This document shows, in pieces, positions 18,324 to 27,757 of a stretch of DNA of 64,000 bases. Source of the DNA: a virus (Duplodnaviria > Heunggongvirae > Uroviricota > Caudoviricetes); IMG/VR virus record IMGVR_UViG_3300042483_000604. The stretch is one strand, 5' to 3'. The stretch's first letter is position 1, and each line of letters opens with the position of its first letter. Made by a program: the position numbers and the translations under genes. The notes below the pieces were generated by a model that saw only the letters and a list, made by a program, of their open reading frames with translations, ran no database searches and was not told the origin of the DNA.

Positions 18324-19609
18324 TATAATTTTTTCAATTTAGGTAATTCTATTTTCTTAAGCGTAGGTAGCTTTAATTCAACTTGTTTAGGGAATTCAGG
18401 AATAGACTGTGTTAGAAGATTATCCAACGTCTCTCTCATCTTATCGTAGGAGAACTCAGTTCTACTTCTATGCCCTTGTCTTTTAGCTAATTCTTTATAG
18501 GCTTTATAGTCATCAAAGACATCTTTTAATGCCTTACCTACTAGTATATCGTCTGGTGTAAACCATTGACTCTCTCTTAAGATCATCTTATCAATTGCAG
18601 CTGATGGATGTACGTTTGTAAGTTGTCCTCCTATCTGTTTTGTGAACTTATTATCTAGGAAGTCTGTATGCCCTGACCATCCTGATACTATAATTGGTTT
18701 ATTTACTAAACTAAATTCAAGTAATGGTCTTCCAAATCCTTCTCCTTTTGTTAGAGAGATCATTGCTTTTACCTTACCGTGGTTGTATAGTTCATTCATC
18801 TCACCATCAGATAGTTCTCCATGTAGAAGGTATATGTTCGGTAACTTACCCTTCACAGTCTTTCTTATTTCATCAATTTTATCCAATACAGCTTCTCTAT
18901 CCATAATAGATGTTCCTGAACCTGCCTGTACTTTTAATAAAAGGGCTGGTGGTGTTTGTTTATTTTTAAATGTTTCTAAGAATGCTTTGATAGTATATCC
19001 AATATTTTTTCTATCCTCTCCTAATACTCCTGGTAGCCAATGTCCTACTACTAAGAAACAAAACATCTCTGGAATTTCATTTAAGTCTAGTTTAACTGGT
19101 AATGCCAATGGCATATACTTCTCCACATCTGCTCCTTCAAATACTACTTCAACTCTAGTAGTTAATTCCACTACTCCGGTTACTTGTCCAGTTCTTTCGT
19201 CCTGTATATTATACTTACTTTTCTCGAAAGTCTCCTTAGCATGTTGTGCAGATACTATTACTAGGTCCATATTGTTACATCCTTGAATCCAAGAAGGATC
19301 ACAAAGTGTTGTTTCAATTCCTGCTGTTACTCCTATATTGTACTTACCGACCTTTTGGAATTCATTTGGTACAGTAATTTGTATCCAGATGTCTGGTTGT
19401 TGTGTTAGTTGTGTAATAACTCTAGAATGTAATGATTCATTCTTATGATCTTTTAAATATCCAAATCTAGTATTACCCCATCTTTGTGATAATATTTTTA
19501 CATCATACTTGTCTGTATCAATGATTGACTGTACAAAGTCTCTTGCTCTTGCTCCGTATCCTGAATATGTATCGATAGGGCAACTTACTACTAATGTAGG
19601 TTTACTCAT
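18323..19609 (-). CDS. GT-B glycosyltransferase (GT4-like)
   Basis: EGFGRPLLEFSLVNKPIIVS E-x7-E motif. Confidence 0.6.
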   Translation of the reverse strand: MSKPTLVVSCPIDTYSGYGARARDFVQSIIDTDKYDVKILSQRWGNTRFGYLKDHKNESLHSRVITQLTQQPDIWIQITVPNEFQKVGKYNIGVTAGIETTLCDPSWIQGCNNMDLVIVSAQHAKETFEKSKYNIQDERTGQVTGVVELTTRVEVVFEGADVEKYMPLALPVKLDLNEIPEMFCFLVVGHWLPGVLGEDRKNIGYTIKAFLETFKNKQTPPALLLKVQAGSGTSIMDREAVLDKIDEIRKTVKGKLPNIYLLHGELSDGEMNELYNHGKVKAMISLTKGEGFGRPLLEFSLVNKPIIVSGWSGHTDFLDNKFTKQIGGQLTNVHPSAAIDKMILRESQWFTPDDILVGKALKDVFDDYKAYKELAKRQGHRSRTEFSYDKMRETLDNLLTQSIPEFPKQVELKLPTLKKIELPKLKKL

Positions 19610-19611
19610 AA

Positions 19612-21054
19612 CTAATATATTAATTTATGTGTGATGTATTTTTTTGGTCTGTCTGTAATTTTATGTAGTTCAAATCTAGGTCTAGGGACAAACTTCTCAA
19701 ATGATTCATCCATTGCATCAATTACATTCTCACACATCTGACGTGCTGACATTCCTGATTCATCTGATGTTACCCATTCTCTTGCTAAAGCTCCTCTTCT
19801 ATCTCTTTCCTCTTTACCCATGTTATAAACTTCTTCTAAAGCTTTTGCTACGTCTTCTGGTTTACATCTATCATCGAAGATATAAGGAGTCGGAACTGAG
19901 CCAACCATTGAAATGTTTGAAGGGAATACAGGGACTGCCCATTCTCCACACTCCTTATATGTTCCTCTATGATTAGAAGGGAAGTCAGGAGTAAAGTCAA
20001 TCCACTTACCATTCTCGTCTGTAAATCTCATCTGATCTTGCATACCGCCTGTTACGTTAGCAATAATCATTTTTCCTGCCATCATAGTTTCTGTTAGAGA
20101 TAATCCCCATCCTTCGTTAGAAGTGATAAGCATTCCAACATCTGCTATATTATAAAGTAAGTTCATATGCGGAGTGTCTAATCTCTCTTGTGAGAAGAAT
20201 ACATTTACATAACTGTCATCACAGATAGCTTCTCTTACTGCATAAAGATCTGTACCATTTTCATCCACAGCTTGTGTATGCATTACAAGAGCACATTTCT
20301 TAGCTTTCTCTTCTCCGATTAAATCACAGAACATTCTATAAGAAAGAATTACATCTCCTGGAGATTTTCTTCTGATGTTCCTAGAATTAAAGAATGCTAC
20401 GAATTCGATATCTTTTCCTTGAAATAGATTCTTTTTAAACTCATCTAAGTTTTTAATATCCTCTACTGAGGTCATTGGAAAGAAGTGTTCGTGGTTTATT
20501 CCATGAGGTACGTATCTAGTTATTTTACCCTTAACAGCATCTCCTAAAACTATTTCATTAATATTTTTAGTTTGTTTTGAGATTGCCATTAATAAATCAC
20601 ATGACTCGTAGTAAGGTCTGTTGTACAAAGGTGCTGGATAGTCATCCCAAATGTTTAAGTACATCAAAGGAATTTCATTTCTAATCTCTCTTTCTATTTC
20701 AAACAACCAAGTCCAGTATCTTGGATCAGTAAAGATGAAAATAGCGTCTGGTTTTTCTTGAGCGATTAAACCTCTTATTTGCATTGCTTCACCATAGCCG
20801 TTGTTAGGGAGTACCTTTACATCAGCATCTTCTATACCGTTTAACTTATTTATCTCAGCTGATATATCAAATGCTTTACCTACTTCTGGATGATTGATGG
20901 CTGCTGCTAGATTAACCCAGTTGAAATGATGAGCTGTTCCTACAACAATCTCTCTGGCCATAGTTGCGATACCGGAATGCATCCTAATATCATCGCATAA
21001 CAAAAGAATCTTTTTACGATCCTCTTTCTTAACATAACGAAATTTTTCTTTCAT
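19612..21054 (-). CDS. GT-B glycosyltransferase (GT4-like)
   Basis: NEGWGLSLTETMMAGKMIIANVTGG motif. Confidence 0.6.
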   Translation of the reverse strand: MKEKFRYVKKEDRKKILLLCDDIRMHSGIATMAREIVVGTAHHFNWVNLAAAINHPEVGKAFDISAEINKLNGIEDADVKVLPNNGYGEAMQIRGLIAQEKPDAIFIFTDPRYWTWLFEIEREIRNEIPLMYLNIWDDYPAPLYNRPYYESCDLLMAISKQTKNINEIVLGDAVKGKITRYVPHGINHEHFFPMTSVEDIKNLDEFKKNLFQGKDIEFVAFFNSRNIRRKSPGDVILSYRMFCDLIGEEKAKKCALVMHTQAVDENGTDLYAVREAICDDSYVNVFFSQERLDTPHMNLLYNIADVGMLITSNEGWGLSLTETMMAGKMIIANVTGGMQDQMRFTDENGKWIDFTPDFPSNHRGTYKECGEWAVPVFPSNISMVGSVPTPYIFDDRCKPEDVAKALEEVYNMGKEERDRRGALAREWVTSDESGMSARQMCENVIDAMDESFEKFVPRPRFELHKITDRPKKYITHKLIY

Positions 21055-21058
21055 GTAA

Positions 21059-21241
21059 CTATTTTAATTTAATATTTGTCTGTGTGTGAAGCTTTTGTTT
21101 AAACCCCTCTTCTGTAAGATAGAGAAAAATTGCTCTGTCTACAAGCTTCTGTAGAGAAAATTTATGCCTTACGCATTGCTCTTTAAATTCCTGTAGAAGA
21201 TCTTCTTCTACTTTAACCGATGTTAATTTTTTAGTGTTCAT
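21059..21241 (-). CDS. small hypothetical protein
   Basis: ORF track. Confidence 0.35.
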   Translation of the reverse strand: MNTKKLTSVKVEEDLLQEFKEQCVRHKFSLQKLVDRAIFLYLTEEGFKQKLHTQTNIKLK

Positions 21242-21276
21242 TGTTTATATAATTATATGTATATATAAATATACCC

Positions 21277-22218
21277 TTATCCTAAAACACCTGCATGGCA
21301 ATGCTCTGTTCCTTTAAATTCACAAAACATACAGTTTGACTTAGAAGGAGTCTTGTCATACTCTTTATCAATATACTGTCCATGACTATCAAAGGCATCG
21401 TTAATAAACTTAGAAAGTGCTGTAGTAGCTTGACCTCTCTTAATCTTTCCTGAAGGAGGAATAAATTCTTGAACTCTTCTTCCCATTACTGCAAATTCTG
21501 GATTGGCAGGAACCTTTCTCTTAACAATAAAGTACTTTACATCTACCTTATCAACATCTATACCGAATTGTCTTGCTAAAAATTCTTTGTAGAGTAGTAA
21601 CTGTGCTAACTTCTTATCATCCTTCTTTGCATAGTCATTCCATCCTGAGGTTGATGTTTTGATATCTAAAATAATATACTTATCATCTTGCTCATCATAA
21701 AGTACAATATCGATATACCCTTTGAAGAAAACATTCTCAGCTATCTTATGTACTAGTGGAATTTCTACTCCAACCAGCTTATAGTACTTGGTACCGAAGT
21801 AAACAGAGCGTTTCTTACGAACGTATTGTAGTATTTCAACTCCATCATTATGAAACTCAGAAAGCTCTTGAGAGGTAGAGAAATGTTTTCCATACTTCTC
21901 TTTCTCTTCAGCATAGATACTAAAGATTTTTTCCTGTAACATCTGTTTGAAGTCCATTTCATTTGACTTCTTTACTGTACCTTCATAGAGTTCTGTTAAC
22001 CATTCCTGCATTACTTCGTGTACTGCTGTACCAAAGACTGTATGAATGGAAGGTTTATACTCTTGTAATCCTTTAACATACTTTAATGCCCATTGGTGCG
22101 GGCAAGTATTGTATGATAGAGTTTGACTATATGAAATTGATTTTTGAAAGGAATAATCTATATCAGGCTTACAGAAGTCTTTTATCAGGCTTACCTGCTT
22201 AAGAACTTTTTTTGCCAT
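21277..22218 (-). CDS. PD-(D/E)xK nuclease, Cas4/RecB-like with Fe-S cysteines
   Basis: DIVLYDEQDDKYIILDIK core; Cys near N-term (CPHQW) and CMFCEF...C at C-term. Confidence 0.6.
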   Translation of the reverse strand: MAKKVLKQVSLIKDFCKPDIDYSFQKSISYSQTLSYNTCPHQWALKYVKGLQEYKPSIHTVFGTAVHEVMQEWLTELYEGTVKKSNEMDFKQMLQEKIFSIYAEEKEKYGKHFSTSQELSEFHNDGVEILQYVRKKRSVYFGTKYYKLVGVEIPLVHKIAENVFFKGYIDIVLYDEQDDKYIILDIKTSTSGWNDYAKKDDKKLAQLLLYKEFLARQFGIDVDKVDVKYFIVKRKVPANPEFAVMGRRVQEFIPPSGKIKRGQATTALSKFINDAFDSHGQYIDKEYDKTPSKSNCMFCEFKGTEHCHAGVLG

Positions 22219-22468
22219 CTTTTAAGTTTTTGATTTCTCTTTCCAAATACCATAAAGCTTTTTCAAGCTCTTGGACTGTAGCATCTTTCTTTCCAGCTCT
22301 GGCAATATACTTAACGGTATTACCTAAACAGAATCCTAAGTTCCAGGCTTCGATAACTTTTATGGCTTCGTATGGATTATCCTTTCCTCCGTAATGTTTA
22401 GGATGGTTGACTAATTCTTTTTTGAATTCTTCTTTATCAATAGTAAAGGTTGCTTCTCTATCGTTCAT
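22199..22468 (-). CDS. DUF3310-family phage protein
   Basis: HPKHY...GNTVKYIARAGKK pattern. Confidence 0.5.
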   Translation of the reverse strand: MNDREATFTIDKEEFKKELVNHPKHYGGKDNPYEAIKVIEAWNLGFCLGNTVKYIARAGKKDATVQELEKALWYLEREIKNLKDGKKSS

Positions 22469-22496
22469 AATAACATTTTTATATAACTATAATATA

Positions 22497-22523
22497 TGAA
22501 AAAAGGCCTGTAAAAACAAGCCT
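22497..22523 (-). terminator. intrinsic terminator-like hairpin plus U-run
   Basis: AAGGCTTG-TTTTTA-CAGGCCTT followed by UUUUUU on the minus strand, after the stop of 22532-22930. Confidence 0.45.
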
Positions 22524-22531
22524 TAATTTAT

Positions 22532-22930
22532 TTATTTTACAAAAAATACTGTTGTGGATAAACTCACAAAAGCTAGTACCTTATACCAGAAGGTTTTATT
22601 CCTTTGACTTTTTAATTCTTTCTTTAAATCATCAGTCATGCCTTTATATTCTCCAATTTGAACATCTTTCTGACCAATAATGAATTGATTGTTTTTGTCT
22701 TTAACAGTTAGAAAATTAATGATAGTATCTTTCTGTACTTCTCTTTCTTGTAATTTAATTACTTTATCTTGAGTAAGTTTTAATTCTAACTTACATCCAT
22801 CATATTTAATTAAATCTTTTGCTGCTAGTCTTACTACCTTAGTTGGTAGTGTTACCTTGGTTGTATCTGTTTGTGAAAAAGAATTCAAGCTCAGCGTTAG
22901 AAAACTTATCAACAGTATTAATTTTTTCAT
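22532..22930 (-). CDS. secreted protein (possible o-spanin-like partner)
   Basis: signal peptide; overlaps 22839-23192 out of frame, beside the lysis genes. Confidence 0.4.
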   Translation of the reverse strand: MKKLILLISFLTLSLNSFSQTDTTKVTLPTKVVRLAAKDLIKYDGCKLELKLTQDKVIKLQEREVQKDTIINFLTVKDKNNQFIIGQKDVQIGEYKGMTDDLKKELKSQRNKTFWYKVLAFVSLSTTVFFVK

Positions 22931-23192
22931 CTGTTTGTTTTTTTACAATTGTTATGGTATTATCTATGTGATGTATTTCTTTTGTAATAGAAACTACATT
23001 TTCTTTTACTGAATCGATTTTAACATCGATTTGTTTATTAATTACTTGTGCTGAATCTATTTTGGTCTGTACTGAGTCGATTCTCATTTCGTAACCTTTT
23101 ACATCAGTTCTAATACTGTTTGTAGTAAAAATGTTATAACCTAATAGTGCAATAACAATTAATATAAGAATGTTTTGTTTATTTAGCAACAT
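22839..23192 (-). CDS. type-II membrane coiled-coil protein (i-spanin-like)
   Basis: N-terminal TM then repetitive coiled-coil; overlapping gene pair. Confidence 0.4.
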   Translation of the reverse strand: MLLNKQNILILIVIALLGYNIFTTNSIRTDVKGYEMRIDSVQTKIDSAQVINKQIDVKIDSVKENVVSITKEIHHIDNTITIVKKQTDEKINTVDKFSNAELEFFFTNRYNQGNTTN

Positions 23193-23604
23193 CTCTATCT
23201 CCTTTGTGTTTATCTAACTTATCCAATATCTGAGTAAGTAATTCGTTTTTTACCACACCTACCATTGAGGCATTTTTTAGAATAGAAATTAACTGGAACA
23301 CTAGGAAGGGAGCCATAATTGTCTCGCTTAACCAACCTGTTCCAGTGAATCCTTTTTCTATTGTTAATATAGCTGAAAGCATTACTACCCAAAATACAAA
23401 TGTTCTTAGTACACTTAATGCTTTATAAGTTCTGAATCCTTCTCTTTTAACTCCAGCCCATACACCAAAGAACCCGTCAGCAAATATTACAAATGCTACT
23501 GAAAGGTATTGTTCGATGTTTTCTGCTGTTAGATTCATAAAGTATGAACCTATAAATGCGCATGCTGTTGTCAATGATAATGTAATTAAAAGTGAAGTCT
23601 TCAT
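23179..23604 (-). CDS. multi-pass membrane protein (holin candidate)
   Basis: 3-4 TM helices directly downstream of the endolysin. Confidence 0.45.
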   Translation of the reverse strand: MKTSLLITLSLTTACAFIGSYFMNLTAENIEQYLSVAFVIFADGFFGVWAGVKREGFRTYKALSVLRTFVFWVVMLSAILTIEKGFTGTGWLSETIMAPFLVFQLISILKNASMVGVVKNELLTQILDKLDKHKGDRDVAK

Positions 23605-23615
23605 CTTATAGTTTA

Positions 23616-24227
23616 CTATTTAACGTATTCGTAGTACTTTTTAGTTTTTTGATTTCTGTCTTCTAACCCGTGAGTACCACCGTTAATTCTTTTCGTAAGA
23701 GCTAATATGGCTGCATCGTTAATTCCTTTGTCGCATATCTCCCACAATTTGTTTTTGTCAAAGAAGAACATTGCTGATTCAAAAGAATAAGTCGTTGCTA
23801 CTAGATCTGGATTAGTCATAATTTCTGGTTTGTTTAAATACTTAGCAAATGCTGCGTAGTTATCTTTACCAGTTAATTGAAGAGCACCTCTTCCTCTAAA
23901 TTTAAAACCATCTCCTGATTTTTCATCTCCGTTACCCATTCTTGATGCGTAAACTCTATTGGCAATCTTTTCAGGATTTCTAGCGTAAGACTCTTCTAAG
24001 TTACCAGGAAAGTATTTTCCAAAGATACCTTGAAGTCCTTGTGCTGAATAGTTTAAGTTTTCTGAGAATGCTTTAAATCCTCCTGTTTCGTGTGACGTTT
24101 GTGCAAAGAAGTGAGCCGCTCTAACTGGTGTTAGTTTGTAAAACTCCATTGCTTTTTTCATTGTTCCAGGACCGAAAGCTCCATCTGCAGCTACTCCGAT
24201 CTTTTCTTGTAAACTTTTTAAGCTCAT
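23616..24227 (-). CDS. endolysin, GH19 chitinase-like catalytic domain with N-terminal peptidoglycan-binding domain
   Basis: HETGGF and RGRGALQLTGKDNY GH19 motifs. Confidence 0.75.
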   Translation of the reverse strand: MSLKSLQEKIGVAADGAFGPGTMKKAMEFYKLTPVRAAHFFAQTSHETGGFKAFSENLNYSAQGLQGIFGKYFPGNLEESYARNPEKIANRVYASRMGNGDEKSGDGFKFRGRGALQLTGKDNYAAFAKYLNKPEIMTNPDLVATTYSFESAMFFFDKNKLWEICDKGINDAAILALTKRINGGTHGLEDRNQKTKKYYEYVK

Positions 24228-24237
24228 AATCTAATTT

Positions 24238-24489
24238 TTATTCTTCGTTATTTGATTTGTTTCCGTTTTTCATTGCTGCAAACTTCTCTAATACATCTGG
24301 AAGGAATGAACCTAATGTGATGTACATGAATGCATCAAAGATGTATTCGTTTAATTCTAATGCTTTACCCATGTAACCTGTTACAAGGTCTACTACAATA
24401 GCTCCTACCATTACTGTGAATGATAAAAACCCAATTATAACTTTTTCGTTATAATCATTTGATTTTTTAAAGATACTGAAAAATCCCAT
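24238..24489 (-). CDS. small membrane protein (holin candidate)
   Basis: two TM helices, charged C-terminus, upstream of the endolysin. Confidence 0.45.
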   Translation of the reverse strand: MGFFSIFKKSNDYNEKVIIGFLSFTVMVGAIVVDLVTGYMGKALELNEYIFDAFMYITLGSFLPDVLEKFAAMKNGNKSNNEE

Positions 24490-24569
24490 AAAATATTTTT
24501 TAAGTTAGTTAGTGTGTAACCAATTAGTAATAACAAAATTTTATAGTAACTCTTTGATATAAATAGCAC

Positions 24570-24593
24570 AAAAAAAAGAGGCCGAATGGCCTC
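24570..24593 (-). terminator. intrinsic terminator (GAGGCC-GAAT-GGCCTC hairpin then U-run on minus strand)
   Basis: perfect 6-bp GC-rich stem, A8 on plus strand equals U8 on the transcript; 25 nt past the stop of 24619-24855. Confidence 0.65.
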
Positions 24594-24618
24594 TTGAGAA
24601 GTTTAAGTAGAGTCTTTC

Positions 24619-24855
24619 TTACTCTCCTATATTCATATGCTTTAATTCCTTTGGAAGGAACTCAGTGTTGACATGGCCGCAGGCCTTGCACGCAAATACC
24701 GGAATAGGCATGTAGGTTGTTTGCCCTGTTCCTGTAAGGATTCCACTTGCCTTTCTAATGTGAAGGGCTTCTTCAAAAAATGTATGATTACATTTCTCGC
24801 ATTCTACCGGCAGGGTTTGATCAATCGATAGATTCATTCTTGGTTGTTGTTCCAT
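24619..24855 (-). CDS. zinc-ribbon hypothetical protein
   Basis: CEKC...CKAC. Confidence 0.45.
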   Translation of the reverse strand: MEQQPRMNLSIDQTLPVECEKCNHTFFEEALHIRKASGILTGTGQTTYMPIPVFACKACGHVNTEFLPKELKHMNIGE

Positions 24856-25112
24856 TGTTCTTGTTTTTCTTTACCACATAACTCGTCTACCTTTGCCTCC
24901 TCGCCTGCAATTTGAAATACAGTGGCCGGGGTAAGGTTCGGACCTTTTTTGCATATGTCTGTTGCTCTTTCTAAAAGAGTTTTCATATTACCGGCACAAT
25001 CTGAAGCACGAAGTATCTCTATGATGGTCATAGTACTTTTCTGGTGTGATGTAACGGTAAACGTTCTACCTTCTTCTAGTAACTCTTGATATTTTTTTAT
25101 TGAGTCTGACAT
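24834..25112 (-). CDS. hypothetical protein
   Basis: ORF track. Confidence 0.45.
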   Translation of the reverse strand: MSDSIKKYQELLEEGRTFTVTSHQKSTMTIIEILRASDCAGNMKTLLERATDICKKGPNLTPATVFQIAGEEAKVDELCGKEKQEQWNNNQE

Positions 25113-25124
25113 ATACTTTACGTA

Positions 25125-25457
25125 TTATTTTTTCTTAGGGTAGTACTTTCTTTTTTTCTTTGGCTTGTCAATAGGAAACTCTGGCTTTGGTTCTTTCTTA
25201 ACTGGCTCTTCTACAATCCCTTCTGGTATTACTTCTTCTACCTTTTCTTTCTTAGGTGCTTTCTTAGTTACAATTGGACGTAAGTCCTTGTTGTATAGTT
25301 CCTGTGCTAGTTCTACTACTTCTTGTGCCTCTTCGTTGTTGTAGTAGTCTTTAGTCATTTCTGCTAATGACTTCTGTTCTCTTGTTAGGAACGCTCCAAT
25401 TGCTCCTGCTACGATAACTACTACTACAATTAGAATAATAATCTCAATTCCTGTCAT
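25125..25457 (-). CDS. membrane-anchored Lys/Glu/Pro-rich protein
   Basis: N-terminal TM, KKxPKKEK repeats. Confidence 0.45.
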   Translation of the reverse strand: MTGIEIIILIVVVVIVAGAIGAFLTREQKSLAEMTKDYYNNEEAQEVVELAQELYNKDLRPIVTKKAPKKEKVEEVIPEGIVEEPVKKEPKPEFPIDKPKKKRKYYPKKK

Positions 25458-25467
25458 AATGTTTTGT

Positions 25468-25560
25468 TTTGTCCCCCCTCCTTGGGCGGGTGATTAATAA
25501 AATTTGCGCGTGACACCTTCGGTGAGGAGGTTTTGACGCCCCCTCCCCTCTCGGTCCCTT
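25468..25560. repeat. GC-rich structured element copy 2
   Basis: same 29-nt core; flanked by CCCCTCC / GGAGG... complementary runs. Confidence 0.6.
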
Positions 25561-25563
25561 CTT

Positions 25564-25731
25564 ATTTACTCTCTGCTGTTGAAGCTTTTCTGTAATCTGT
25601 GATTAATTTCTTAACCTCTCCGATTTGCTTTCTAGCTTGTGCTTGCGATTTTTTAGTTGTACCGTTGTGTGCGGCTACGAAACTTTGATACAATCCATCG
25701 ATTTGTTCGAATAATTCTTGCTTGTTCATTT
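25564..25731 (-). CDS. small hypothetical protein (55 aa)
   Basis: ORF directly downstream of GroEL, below the track cutoff. Confidence 0.3.
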
Positions 25732-25751
25732 TTGTTTATTTTAAATTAATA

Positions 25752-27694
<1,943 letters not shown>

Positions 27695-27757
27695 AAACTT
27701 GATTTGGTTAATAACTTATTTTACTAATATATGAATAAATATCTAAGGAAACAACTT

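Noticed and set aside
18642-19286. 214-aa plus-strand ORF (and others at 14672-14968, 16861-17121, 26395-26784, 35112-35456, 36344-36607)
   Set aside because: Each lies entirely antisense within a well-supported minus-strand gene with clear domain signatures. Their amino-acid composition is low-complexity (Ser/Pro/Leu-rich), as expected for the reverse frame of AT-rich coding DNA, and none has a promoter motif in plus orientation.
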